64,000 bases of DNA from Lentisphaeria bacterium (GCA_017629515.1 JAGBXB010000073.1:2939-66938), one strand, 5' to 3'. Counted from the first letter of the stretch, positions 45,591 to 55,593 are shown. A program made the numbers and translations. The notes: a model not told the origin generated them from the letters alone.

Positions 45591-46499
45591 TTATGCCATT
45601 GCCAGTTTTTTCAAAACTTCTTCATTGCAGGGTACTTTAATGGAGTATTTTTCCCCAAGTTTGCATAAAGTACCCGCAAAAAGGTCTACTTCCGTAGGAC
45701 GGCAGGAAAGAATATCCTGCAACATGGAAGTTTTGGCTTCTTCCGGCATGGAAAGAATGACATCCATGGCACTTTGCAGCATTCCTTCCGTACCATTGAC
45801 CCCCATGGCTTCCGCCACTCTCACCGCTTCTTCCATAAGGCGGGCAGCAAAGTCCAGCATACAGGGATTCTTCTGCAATGTGCCGTAATCCGCTCTGAAT
45901 ACCGCAGAAGCCTGATTGACCCCCACATTCAATACATATTTTTTCCATAACGCGCTTTTCATATCTGCGGGGATCTCATAAGAGATATTTGCCCGTGTGA
46001 AAAGTTCTGCTATTTTTTCCACTTCCGAGGAAATGGTATAATTTTCCTCTTTCCCGAAATAGAGTTTGCCTACACCATCATGGCGGACTCGTGTCCCCTC
46101 CCGGATACTGGCATGACCCAGAAAGAAGCCGTACAGGGCTTTGGTATGGGGGAAACGCTTTTGCAGTATTTCCGGAGCGGTGATACCGTTGAGAAGGGGC
46201 AGAATAAGGGTCTCTTTTCCTGCAAAGGGAGCGATCATTTCCAGCGCAGAGGAAAACCCGTTGGATTTGGTGGCAATAAGGATAAGATCGGCTTTTTCCC
46301 CCTGTGCCTGACCGGAGGTGATCCAGGAAAAATCCAATTCTTTTCCATTGAGGAAAACTCCATTTTTCCTGTACCGTGCCATCCTTTTTTCATCCACAAG
46401 GATCGAAAGACGCACTCCCGGACAGGAGCGTAATGCCGCCGCATATAAAGTACCTATGGCTCCAAGTCCGATAAGGAGGACATTTTCTATCTTTTTCAT
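45591..46499 (-). CDS. panE: 2-dehydropantoate 2-reductase (ketopantoate reductase).
   Basis: 'KIENVLLIGLGAIGTLYAAAL' Rossmann motif and ApbA C-terminal domain features. Confidence 0.75.
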   Translation of the reverse strand: MKKIENVLLIGLGAIGTLYAAALRSCPGVRLSILVDEKRMARYRKNGVFLNGKELDFSWITSGQAQGEKADLILIATKSNGFSSALEMIAPFAGKETLILPLLNGITAPEILQKRFPHTKALYGFFLGHASIREGTRVRHDGVGKLYFGKEENYTISSEVEKIAELFTRANISYEIPADMKSALWKKYVLNVGVNQASAVFRADYGTLQKNPCMLDFAARLMEEAVRVAEAMGVNGTEGMLQSAMDVILSMPEEAKTSMLQDILSCRPTEVDLFAGTLCKLGEKYSIKVPCNEEVLKKLAMA

Positions 46500-46537
46500 T
46501 TTTACTTTCCTGCTGCTGCTTTGGTAAAGGCAAATGA

Positions 46538-47176
46538 TTATTTTTTTTCCTGTTTCTGCCGGGGAGCGTTTTGCTTGGAAGTATTCTTCCTGTTTTCCCT
46601 GTTTTTCCCTGCGGAAACTTTATCTATTTTCTTTTCCACCGGAACGGGGACAAGTTTTTCCAAAACTTTTTTCTGCTGATCTCCGCGGAAATAGGAAAAA
46701 GTGAAAATATTTCCGGCAGTAAGGATATTGGAGGCATATTTTCTTGCCAGTGCCGTTCTTTCCTGTTTGAGTTCCAGTGTATCTCCGGAAAAAAGATTCG
46801 GCAGAATGGAAAATGCACAGAAAATCAAAAGGGTGGCAAGGAGCATACCGGAAAAAAAGCCGCAGACAAAATTAAAGGATTTTTCCAGTTTTTCCGGAAG
46901 ATCATCCAAAAAATCCTCCTCCCCTGTGACGGAATAGAAGATTTTGTGGCAGAGGATCATCAAAAGGATGAAAAGCAGAACAGTAACGCCCCCACCTTTC
47001 AAACTTTCCGGGATCTCTTTGAAATCTTTGAGAAAAGAAGCGATTTCCGGCGTGCAAAGTATGGAAATATAAGAAGAAAAAAGGATGCTTGCAAGAAAGA
47101 CCCAGTTTCCGAGAACTGTATTTTTTACGGCTGTTACACCCCCCAGAAAACCTGCGGCGATTATTCCCCAGAACAT
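46538..47176 (-). CDS. CvpA-like four-TM membrane protein with a Lys-rich C-terminal tail.
   Basis: Four hydrophobic helices at CvpA-like spacing and a basic tail 'KNRENRKNTSKQNAPRQKQEKK'. The start lies 20 nt after the GspE-like stop. Confidence 0.4.
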   Translation of the reverse strand: MFWGIIAAGFLGGVTAVKNTVLGNWVFLASILFSSYISILCTPEIASFLKDFKEIPESLKGGGVTVLLFILLMILCHKIFYSVTGEEDFLDDLPEKLEKSFNFVCGFFSGMLLATLLIFCAFSILPNLFSGDTLELKQERTALARKYASNILTAGNIFTFSYFRGDQQKKVLEKLVPVPVEKKIDKVSAGKNRENRKNTSKQNAPRQKQEKK

Positions 47177-47196
47177 TGTATTATTTCCTTTCTGTA

Positions 47197-48687
47197 TTAA
47201 AAATTGACCGTTGCCCGTTCATATTCTTCCCAGGAGGTTTCTCCGTGGATGACGTAACTCATGATCCGGGAACCCAATGCCCCTGCGCCTATGGTGGAAT
47301 CCACATACTCTTTTACATCGGAAATGGTACTTCCCTGCTGTTCCAGAACACGGCGCAACCCCTCATCCATGACCAATACCTCAAATACCGCGATCCTGCC
47401 TTTATAACCGGTCTGACCGCATTTTGCACAGCCGCAGGGCTGTTTGATGGCATCGAAAGGAATATTGTATTGCCGGCAGTAAGCCTGTTGTACACTGTTG
47501 AGTTCCGCCGGCTTTTTGCAATGGGGGCAGAGGCGGCGTATCAATCTCTGGGATATACTCATTTGAAGAGCGGCGGCAATATTGCGCAACGGTATGCCCA
47601 GATCGGTGAGACGCACGATGGTACCGATATTATCGTTACTGTGCAAAGTGGCTATGATCAGGTGTCCTGTCTGTGCCGCCTGCGCCGCAACTCCGGCAGT
47701 TTCCTCATCCCGGATCTCCCCAAGACAGATGATATCCGGATTCTGACGCAAAGAGTTGCGCAGTACCGACGCAAAAGTGATACCGGCTTTGGAATTTACT
47801 TCGATTTGACTGATGTTGGGGATCACCCTTTCCACAGGGTCTTCAATGGAAAGAACATTTTTCAATCCGTAGTCAATACTGCCCAACATGGAGTATAATG
47901 TGGAGGTTTTTCCGCTTCCGGTAGGTCCGCAGACAAGAATCATGCCCGAGGGCAGTTTGATGGCTGCATCCAGTTTGGCAAACTGACTTTTGGAAAGTCC
48001 CAGATCGGTAAGTTTTCTGTTGCCGCTTTCCGAAGCGATCACCCTTATTGTGACCTTTTCCCCGCCGTAAACCCCTACTGTGGCAACACGGAATGCCACT
48101 GGATTGTGTTTATATGTGGCGTTGAACGCTCCGTCCTGGGGGCGGCGTCTTTCTGTAATATCCATACTGGCAAAGACTTTAAACATACTGATAACAGGCA
48201 GCGCCTCCTGTTCTGTAAGAGTGCTGTGCCCCCTTATGGAACCATCCACACGGAACCGGACAAAGTAGGAACCGTTTTTAGGGTCGATGAAAATATCACT
48301 TGTTTTGGTTTCCAGAGCATCCTGAATGATCTTTTTAACAGATTGTGCGCCCTCTTCATTACCGTTCTTTTCCAGCATATCTCTTCCGGCTTCATCCACA
48401 ATGGTCAGAGAATTAACAGCCTGTTTCTTTTTGTTCATCCCCCCTCCGGCAACAGCTTCCGGCATGAAAACAGACTTGAAAAAATCTCTCTTTTCCCATA
48501 CAAGAAATGTTGCCGCTGCGATAAATCCCAGAGGCAGGGAAAAAAGAATGATATAAGGTTTTGCTTCTGCAGGCAGTTGCAATTTTTTCCTTTTGGAAAA
48601 AGATTTCATTGCCCAGAGTCCGGCAAGGAGCCAGCAGAAGAAGATGACTACTCCAATAAAATTTACCGGTATGGTATCAAGTGACAT
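47197..48687 (-). CDS. GspE/PilB-family secretion ATPase with an N-terminal two-helix membrane anchor.
   Basis: Walker A 'VCGPTGSGKTSTL', Asp box 'SIEDPVE', Walker B / His box 'NPDIICLGEIRDEETAGVAAQAAQTGHLIIATLHSND', and a tetracysteine motif 'CPHCKK...CAKCGQTG'. The N-terminal 65 aa hold two hydrophobic helices. Confidence 0.75.
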   Translation of the reverse strand: MSLDTIPVNFIGVVIFFCWLLAGLWAMKSFSKRKKLQLPAEAKPYIILFSLPLGFIAAATFLVWEKRDFFKSVFMPEAVAGGGMNKKKQAVNSLTIVDEAGRDMLEKNGNEEGAQSVKKIIQDALETKTSDIFIDPKNGSYFVRFRVDGSIRGHSTLTEQEALPVISMFKVFASMDITERRRPQDGAFNATYKHNPVAFRVATVGVYGGEKVTIRVIASESGNRKLTDLGLSKSQFAKLDAAIKLPSGMILVCGPTGSGKTSTLYSMLGSIDYGLKNVLSIEDPVERVIPNISQIEVNSKAGITFASVLRNSLRQNPDIICLGEIRDEETAGVAAQAAQTGHLIIATLHSNDNIGTIVRLTDLGIPLRNIAAALQMSISQRLIRRLCPHCKKPAELNSVQQAYCRQYNIPFDAIKQPCGCAKCGQTGYKGRIAVFEVLVMDEGLRRVLEQQGSTISDVKEYVDSTIGAGALGSRIMSYVIHGETSWEEYERATVNF

Positions 48688-48848
48688 GAAAAAATCCTTT
48701 TTTTAAACAGCTGTCTTCAAAGATACTTTACTGCATTCCCCATTAATATACTTAATAAAAAGGGAATTTTCAATAGTTTATTATGGATTTTTTACAATAT
48801 CATGTTTTTCAATACCTCTTCCGCCGGGATTTTACAGCAAAATCCTCT

Positions 48849-49601
48849 TTACAACTGCAAACCTCCTGCAATGGGGATCTCCGCTCCTGTGATGTAGGAA
48901 GCATTTTCCGAAGCAAGGAAAGAAATGAGAAAAGCACACTCTTCTGCATTACCGAAACGGCGCATGGGTATCTTTTCTTTCAGATTTTCCGCAAAGGCGG
49001 CATCGCTTAGTACTGCCGCGTTGCGGTCGGTGGTGATGACTCCCGGAAGAACCGTATTTACCGTGATTTGGAAAGGGGCGTTTTCCATTGCGGCAGTTTT
49101 CGCCACATTCATAAGAGCCGCCTTTGTAGAGCCGTAAAGAGCCAGTCTGGAAGCGGGTTTTGCTCCATTGATACTGCCCACAAAAATAATGCGTCCATAG
49201 TTCTTTTTCCGCATATACGGTACAAGAGACTGTATGAGAAGGAAAGAAGATTCCACATTGGTACGGTACATTTTTGAAAACTCTTCTTCTGAAAAATTTT
49301 CCAGCCCTGTATAACTCTGTACGGAAGCATTGAGTACAAGTATATCCGGAACGAGATCTCTTTCCTCCAATTCCCGGATAAATCTTTTCACCTCTTCCAT
49401 ATTGCCGAAGTCGGCAGTGATTTTTTCCGCCTTTTCTCCGGCTTCTGCCACAGCAGAAAGCAGTTGGGCTGTTTCTTTCGTTCCGTGAAAGATGACACGC
49501 GCTCCCAGAGAAGCAAGAAGCAGACCGGTAGCACGCCCTATTCCTCTGCTGGAACCTGTAACAAGGGCGGTTTTTCCCTTTAAGTCAATAGAAAAATTCA
49601 T
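48849..49601 (-). CDS. SDR-family oxidoreductase (FabG/KduD-like).
   Basis: 'LKGKTALVTGSSRGIGRATG' and the catalytic 'YGSTKAAL'. Confidence 0.85.
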   Translation of the reverse strand: MNFSIDLKGKTALVTGSSRGIGRATGLLLASLGARVIFHGTKETAQLLSAVAEAGEKAEKITADFGNMEEVKRFIRELEERDLVPDILVLNASVQSYTGLENFSEEEFSKMYRTNVESSFLLIQSLVPYMRKKNYGRIIFVGSINGAKPASRLALYGSTKAALMNVAKTAAMENAPFQITVNTVLPGVITTDRNAAVLSDAAFAENLKEKIPMRRFGNAEECAFLISFLASENASYITGAEIPIAGGLQL

Positions 49602-49617
49602 TGTAAAAATAAAAACC

Positions 49618-49860
49618 TTATTTCAAATAAAATGTTTCCAAATGTTCACAGTTTTCCTTATCCTGCCAGGAAAGGAGATATTTACCGGGAAAGTTGATGA
49701 TTTTGACACAATTGGATTCTTCCGCAGTAACAAAAAGATCATATTCCCTTTTTCTTATTCCGTCCCCTTTCCCGTCCGGGGAGATATTTTCCATGTGTTT
49801 GATATGGAAAACTGTTCCGGGCTCTATGGAAGAATCCCGGAATACTGCTTGTGTTTTTTC
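49618..49860 (-). CDS. Small hypothetical protein. The ORF-track version extends into the upstream gene in another frame.
   Basis: Internal Met 'MEKTQAVFRDSS...' just after the RraA-like stop. No homology recognised. Confidence 0.25.
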   Translation of the reverse strand, partial: EKTQAVFRDSSIEPGTVFHIKHMENISPDGKGDGIRKREYDLFVTAEESNCVKIINFPGKYLLSWQDKENCEHLETFYLK

Positions 49861-49864
49861 CATA

Positions 49865-50653
49865 TCAGAAATATCCGCCTTTATCAATGATCTCGGAAAT
49901 GGTATCCCCCTGACGCACCCAGGAGAAAATATCCACTTCATTGCGTTCGATACCTTCGGCACGCAGCAGTACTTCATAAGCGATCTCGCGGGGGATGCAG
50001 AGGACGCCGTCAATGTCACCGAAAATAATATCCCCGGGACGGACAGTCACTTTCCCGATCTTTACAGGAACCTGATAATGGGTGATCATACATCTTCCCA
50101 GAGAACCGTTGGAGGTGCGGTACTTATAGAATACGGGGAACTTCTGTTCCAGGATCTGTTTGGTATCCCGGATCCCGCCGGCGATCACCGCTCCCCGGAT
50201 GCCTTTGGAAATGGCAGTGGCGGTCATGACCCCGCCCCAGAGGGAGGCTTCCACATCGTTGGAGGTATCCCAGACCACCACGCCTTCCGGTTTGAAATCA
50301 TCCAGCATCTGCGCCCGGAAAGTCATTTCTCCTTCGATCATCACATTGGGCGCACTTTTTACGGTGAATGCTTCTCCGCAGACGGTCATTTCATCCCGCA
50401 GAGGCATGATGTCGGAGGGGAGATTCTGGTCGAGAAGAGTAAATTCCCGCATTACATCATTGATACAGCCTGTATAAAGTTTTTCATAGCGTTCGCAAAG
50501 TTCTTTGATGGGAATGGGCAGTTCGCAGTTGGGGATCCTCTGGCGGGTCGCAATAAGTTTGTCCAGTTTCATAAGTCCGGCTTCTTTGGCTTTTTCCCGC
50601 ATGTCTTTGAGTGAAGGCATAATGTTCTCCTTTTGTTTTTTATTTGTTGTCAA
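49865..50653 (-). CDS. RraA-family protein (4-hydroxy-4-methyl-2-oxoglutarate / 2-keto-3-deoxy-acid aldolase-like).
   Basis: 'ASLWGGVMTATAISKGIRGAVIAGGIRD' and 'GDIIFGDIDGVLCIP' RraA-fold signatures. Confidence 0.65.
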   Translation of the reverse strand: MTTNKKQKENIMPSLKDMREKAKEAGLMKLDKLIATRQRIPNCELPIPIKELCERYEKLYTGCINDVMREFTLLDQNLPSDIMPLRDEMTVCGEAFTVKSAPNVMIEGEMTFRAQMLDDFKPEGVVVWDTSNDVEASLWGGVMTATAISKGIRGAVIAGGIRDTKQILEQKFPVFYKYRTSNGSLGRCMITHYQVPVKIGKVTVRPGDIIFGDIDGVLCIPREIAYEVLLRAEGIERNEVDIFSWVRQGDTISEIIDKGGYF

Positions 50654-51971
50654 ATTTGATATTGAAATGATTGTCTTTTTCTTTACTCAAATGGATGTTT
50701 CTCTTTTCTTTTCTGCCTTTTGCGGTGATTTCCAGTTCATAGTTTCCATAGAAACCTTTGAAGGAGAATGTTCCTTCCGGAGCAGTTGTTACAAGAGAAG
50801 TCCTGTACTCTTTTTCAAACATATCCTTAATGGCATAAAATGCTTTTTTGGGGGTGAAATCGTATTGGATCAATCCTCCGTAATAATAATTTTCCCCGCT
50901 TCGCATATCGCCAGGCTCACAATAGGCGGCGAAACCATCCACCAGATTCCAGTAGATGACTGCCTCCATGGCAGGATGACTGAAAAAGATCTGATAGAGA
51001 TTTTTCAGGATCGCAGCCTGTATTTCCTGATCTTCCTCATTGTCAGAGTAGGCGGGAATGGTCATTTCCGTGATCTGCATGGGTTTGCCCAGCATGGCGT
51101 AAGTATCCATGATATTGTAAAGACGCTCCGGATCATAGAAAGGACGGGTCATTTCCAGTTCCTGTTCCTTACGGTAGAACATGTGGAACTGCATACCGAC
51201 AGAATCGATCCTTGCCCCTTTGAGCATGGCACGCTCGATCTGCATATAGTAGGGACTGCGGTTCCAGATATATTTATCCGGAAGCCACAAAGGATGAGCT
51301 TCATTGATGATAAGTTTATTGGCAGGGAAATAATTTTCCGCAAGAGCAAAACTCCATTCCACAAAGTCGGGAGCCATATAAAAACTGCTGTCTTTATAAT
51401 GCATCCAGTATGTCTCATTGGTTACTTCCCACATGGGGATCTTGTCTTTATATCTTTCCGCAAGAAGGGCAAAACGCTTTTCCAGACACTTTTTTTCCCA
51501 CTGGACAGATCCTCTTGCCCACTCCGGGGAAAAGGGGGCATAATTGAGACAATGTGCTTTGGGTTCGATCCCCTTTTCAGCACAATATTCCAGACAGAGA
51601 TCCGGAGGGGGTCTGCGGTAGATCCGGGGACTTGTTTTTTCAAAACGCACCTTCCCCTCTTCAGGTTCCAAGGCATCCCAGTAGAAAGGAAGTGTGGCAA
51701 TATTGGCGATCTGCGGGAAAAGTTTTTTATACTCTTCATTCTGCTCTTTATGGGGAAATTCTTCCAGCATGAAAAGATTCGCCCCGTATCTGAAATCATG
51801 GTCTTTCTGAATGATTTTTATTTCATCCACAGGAATATTTTTCCCGTCCGCACCGGTAATGGAAAGGAAAGCATATCCCTTCCGGTTTGCTTCAATGCCG
51901 GAAGAGATCCTGTCATTCATAAAAAGTTTCTGTTCTTCAAACTTTTTCAAAAGTTCTTTGCCCCTGCCCAT
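50640..51971 (-). CDS. Clan GH-A glycoside hydrolase, GH10 (xylanase)-like, with no signal peptide.
   Basis: Acid/base block 'IPMWEVTNE' (cf. WDVVNE) and nucleophile block 'MQITEMTI' (cf. ITELD). Confidence 0.5.
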   Translation of the reverse strand: MGRGKELLKKFEEQKLFMNDRISSGIEANRKGYAFLSITGADGKNIPVDEIKIIQKDHDFRYGANLFMLEEFPHKEQNEEYKKLFPQIANIATLPFYWDALEPEEGKVRFEKTSPRIYRRPPPDLCLEYCAEKGIEPKAHCLNYAPFSPEWARGSVQWEKKCLEKRFALLAERYKDKIPMWEVTNETYWMHYKDSSFYMAPDFVEWSFALAENYFPANKLIINEAHPLWLPDKYIWNRSPYYMQIERAMLKGARIDSVGMQFHMFYRKEQELEMTRPFYDPERLYNIMDTYAMLGKPMQITEMTIPAYSDNEEDQEIQAAILKNLYQIFFSHPAMEAVIYWNLVDGFAAYCEPGDMRSGENYYYGGLIQYDFTPKKAFYAIKDMFEKEYRTSLVTTAPEGTFSFKGFYGNYELEITAKGRKEKRNIHLSKEKDNHFNIKFDNK

Positions 51972-53317
51972 TATTGAGCCTCCTTCTTTATGACAAGAAA
52001 ACCATTTTCTTTTATGTCAAGAGTTTTTCCATTAAGGTGAGTCCCTCTTTCCAGCAGGACTTTTCCGGAAGAAAATTCCGGAAGAAAATCACAACAGGCA
52101 GTAACTTTTTCATTGTCCAAATTGATGGCACAGAATATCTTCTCCCCGTTGGGAGAACACCGCATATAAGTACAGATACTCTCTTTTCTACTGTTTTCCA
52201 CCCAGATCATTTTTCCATTACGGATGGCATCCTCCTCCCGGTGTATCTTTGCCAAACGGGCAAGGAAAGAAGTCCTTTTTTCCGGATCTTTACTGCGGTC
52301 GATGGTAAATTCCCCTTTTTTACCGAAAATACTGTGTCTGGAAGTATCGGAATATTCGCATCCATTATAGAGGAAAGGCACTCCCGGAACGGTATAACAC
52401 AATACATAGCAGGCTTCACACTTTTCTGAAGAGATCTTTTCCAATCTTGCTTCATACATATCATTGGCTGTATCGTGATGTTCAAGGGCACGGATGAGAA
52501 CCGCCCCGGGTCTTGCATTATCCGCCTCTTCATAGGCTATCTGCAAAGAAACTGCCGGCATACCGCTCTGGAATATGGCAGGGAAACAGTGCTGTGTCCA
52601 CCATTGACAGTAATTGATATCGAAAGCCTCATCCTGATCCTCTTTCCGGCTCTGGATCTCACACTCATCCAGCATGATGAAAGGCTTTTTGATCTTTTCC
52701 ACTCTTCTTCTGCCCTCCACCCAGAAATCCAGCGGGACAGAAGCCCCCACATCGCAGCGGTAGCCGTCAATATCAAATTCCTTTACAAAATATTCCATAT
52801 TGCTCCAGAGATATTCCCGCAGTTCAGGAGAGGAAAAATCCAGAGAACAGAAATTGTAATTATTGATCTTTATATTGCCGTTTTCATCTCTCTTTACATA
52901 GGAAGGATGATCTTTACCGAAGGAAGGTCCGCTGTGACCGTAAACAAGATCCAGCATGACTTTCAAATCAAGAGAATGGGCTTTCTTCACAAAAGACCGG
53001 AATTCCTCTTCTGTCCCGTATTCAGGATCAATGACAAAATAATTGCTGATCCGGTAGGGATTGCGGGGATTATTGGTCATGGAGCGTTTTTGACGCATAC
53101 TCCAGGAAGAGGGATCCTTATCCTCATCCGATTCTGCAATGGTACATAAATATACGATATCCGCTCCCGTTGCCGCCACATTTGGCAGGAACTTTTCCGC
53201 TGCGGCAAAAGTCCCTTCCTTTGTAAATACCCGCAGATTGATCTGATAGATCACCGCGTCTTTTATTTCATCAAGTCCCTTTTTCATAGAAATTTCCCCT
53301 GCTCGTATCAGGACCAC
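51971..53317 (-). CDS. GH13 (alpha-amylase family) glycoside hydrolase, cytoplasmic.
   Basis: Regions I-IV: 'DLVYGHSG', 'GYRCDVGASVP', 'FIMLDECE', 'RALEHHD'. Confidence 0.65.
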   Translation of the reverse strand: MVLIRAGEISMKKGLDEIKDAVIYQINLRVFTKEGTFAAAEKFLPNVAATGADIVYLCTIAESDEDKDPSSWSMRQKRSMTNNPRNPYRISNYFVIDPEYGTEEEFRSFVKKAHSLDLKVMLDLVYGHSGPSFGKDHPSYVKRDENGNIKINNYNFCSLDFSSPELREYLWSNMEYFVKEFDIDGYRCDVGASVPLDFWVEGRRRVEKIKKPFIMLDECEIQSRKEDQDEAFDINYCQWWTQHCFPAIFQSGMPAVSLQIAYEEADNARPGAVLIRALEHHDTANDMYEARLEKISSEKCEACYVLCYTVPGVPFLYNGCEYSDTSRHSIFGKKGEFTIDRSKDPEKRTSFLARLAKIHREEDAIRNGKMIWVENSRKESICTYMRCSPNGEKIFCAINLDNEKVTACCDFLPEFSSGKVLLERGTHLNGKTLDIKENGFLVIKKEAQ

Positions 53318-54621
53318 TGACGGTCATTGGACCACTCTTTATCCCATTCTTCCGTACTTGCCCAGGCTTCCGGAAATTCCGGATGGAGTTTTTCTTTGAT
53401 GAGTTCTTCATTCAGTGCTTCGATCCCCAGACCGGGGGCATTGGGTACATCAATGAAACCTCCGTCATATTTGAGAGCGGGGATCACCAGATCGCCCCAC
53501 CAGGGCACATCCACGCTGTGCAGTTCCAGACTCATAAAGTTTCTTGTGGCGGCAGCAACATGGACAGCGGCAAGACAGGCAATGGGACTTTCCGCCATGT
53601 GAATATTCATCTGTACTCCGTAATCTTCCGCCATGTCCCCGATCTTTTTCGTTTCCATGATGCCGCCGGCAGTAAGGACGTCAGGATGGACGACTGCAAG
53701 TGCGCCGCTTTCAAAGAGGGGTTTGAAGTTTTCTTTAAGATAAATATCCTCCCCTGTTCCCAGAGGAACGGTGGTTGCTTCATGCAGACGCACCCACTGA
53801 TCTGTCATCTGCCAGGGAACAGCATCTTCCATCCATGCAAGATTGTATTTTTCCAGCCTTTTTGCAAGTTTGATACAGTCTTCCAGGGGAATATGCCCCA
53901 GATGGTCAATAGCGATAGGTACTTCATAGCCTACTTCTTTCCGGCAGTCTGCAAAATAATTTTCCAGAAAATCCAGTCCGGTTTCCGTAAGATGGATGCC
54001 GGTAAAGGGGTGGGCGGTATTAAAAAGATCGTAGGCTGCTCCCCGCATGGCGGAAGGATTGATGGAACCGTGAGGGGTTTTGAATACCTGTTTATATTCT
54101 TTCATGGTCTGCAAAAATCCCAGAGGAGCGGAAAGGGCTCCGGGAACATTCATCAATAATTCGATCCCCAGATCCATTTTCAGGAAAGTGAAACCTCTTT
54201 TCATACGTTCTTTCAGGGCGTTGCCCATATCGTGACCGTTGCCTTCGCTGTCTGTATCGCAGTAACAACGGATCTTATCCCGGAATTTTCCCCCCAGAAG
54301 CTGCCACACAGGTACTCCCCATACTTTTCCTGCAATATCCCAGCAGGCTACTTCAATGGCACACACCCCTCCCGCCTGACGGGAGTGACCGCCAAACTGT
54401 TTGATGCGGCGGAAGATCTTTTCCACATTGCAGGGATTTTCACCTATGATCCGGCTTTTCAGCATGGCGGCATAGGTACGGGAAGAAGCGTCACGCACTT
54501 CCCCGTAGCCAACGATCCCCTGATTGGTGTAAAGTTTAAGCAGAGTACATCTTTTGGGGGCTCCGTCGATATCCGCAAAACGCATGTCGGTAATTTTCAG
54601 TGTGGATGGATCGATCTTCAT
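53308..54621 (-). CDS. Enolase-superfamily enzyme (mandelate racemase / D-mannonate dehydratase ManD-like).
   Basis: N-terminal capping domain 'ITDMRFADIDGAPKRCTLLKLYTNQGIVGYGE' and barrel metal ligands. About 437 aa. Confidence 0.7.
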   Translation of the reverse strand: MKIDPSTLKITDMRFADIDGAPKRCTLLKLYTNQGIVGYGEVRDASSRTYAAMLKSRIIGENPCNVEKIFRRIKQFGGHSRQAGGVCAIEVACWDIAGKVWGVPVWQLLGGKFRDKIRCYCDTDSEGNGHDMGNALKERMKRGFTFLKMDLGIELLMNVPGALSAPLGFLQTMKEYKQVFKTPHGSINPSAMRGAAYDLFNTAHPFTGIHLTETGLDFLENYFADCRKEVGYEVPIAIDHLGHIPLEDCIKLAKRLEKYNLAWMEDAVPWQMTDQWVRLHEATTVPLGTGEDIYLKENFKPLFESGALAVVHPDVLTAGGIMETKKIGDMAEDYGVQMNIHMAESPIACLAAVHVAAATRNFMSLELHSVDVPWWGDLVIPALKYDGGFIDVPNAPGLGIEALNEELIKEKLHPEFPEAWASTEEWDKEWSNDRQWS

Positions 54622-54622
54622 T

Positions 54623-55378
54623 TTATTCTCCTTTTTTTATTATATCTTCACATTTTTTACATGTTTCTTTCAAAAGTATGATGTACTTTTTCTGCATTCC
54701 TGCATCCAGTCCCATACGGGGAAGGATAAAGGTGAGCGCTGCCGCCGTTCTTCCGGAAGACTCCTTTACGGGAGCGGAAAAGGCGCAGATGTGCCAGCGG
54801 TTGTTTTCATTATGGCAGTAGCCGTATTTATGCAGAAAATCCATACGGTCGAAAATAAGACGGGGAACAGTTTTTTCCTGAATGTCCGTTTTACAGTTTT
54901 CCGCAAGAAGAAGGATATTTTCCGGCGTTTCCTCTGCAAGAAGAGTTGCCCCGACACTCCCTTCGATAACCGGAAAACGGGAAGTTTTCTTTCCTGTGAA
55001 AGCCGGAGTCATCTCACTTCCGGAGGGTTCGGAACGGTAAATGGTCACCTGATCGCTCCCCTGCCGGATGGAAAGTTTGCATCCGATCTCATACTTTCCG
55101 GAAGTCTGTTCCAGAATGGAGAGCAAACTTTCCGGAAAAAGAAAAGAACTGCGGAATCCGAGAAAAAGAGGATACAAAGCCCTGCCGGCGTGATAGAGAC
55201 CTTTTTCATCTTTCAGCACCCACTCTTTGGCGAGAAGGGTCTGCAATATCCGGTAACAGGTACTCATGGAAATATGCAGTCTTTCTTTCAGTTGCGCCTG
55301 GGTAAGTCCTTTATCTGACGAAGAAAGTTCTTCCAGTAAAGAGAGGGTTTTTTCTACGGCGGGAATATTGTTGTTCAT
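54623..55378 (-). CDS. IclR-family transcriptional regulator (KdgR-like), first gene of the sugar-acid operon.
   Basis: 'VEKTLSLLEELSSSDKGLTQAQLKERLHISMSTCYRILQTL' wHTH. Confidence 0.85.
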   Translation of the reverse strand: MNNNIPAVEKTLSLLEELSSSDKGLTQAQLKERLHISMSTCYRILQTLLAKEWVLKDEKGLYHAGRALYPLFLGFRSSFLFPESLLSILEQTSGKYEIGCKLSIRQGSDQVTIYRSEPSGSEMTPAFTGKKTSRFPVIEGSVGATLLAEETPENILLLAENCKTDIQEKTVPRLIFDRMDFLHKYGYCHNENNRWHICAFSAPVKESSGRTAAALTFILPRMGLDAGMQKKYIILLKETCKKCEDIIKKGE

Positions 55379-55593
55379 ATTTGAACATCCTGTTTTATTT
55401 TCTGAACACTATAAAGTAGCATAGAAAAATCTTTTGTCAAGTGCCGGAAGAAGAATATTGATTTTTTCCCGATACCATCCATTATTTTCAGCCTGTTCTT
55501 GAAATTCGACAAAAAAGTGATAAATTTATACGGCAAAAAACTGTGGGAAGAGCATATTTCTGCCGTCCCGGAAAAAAGAATAATGGAGAAAAA

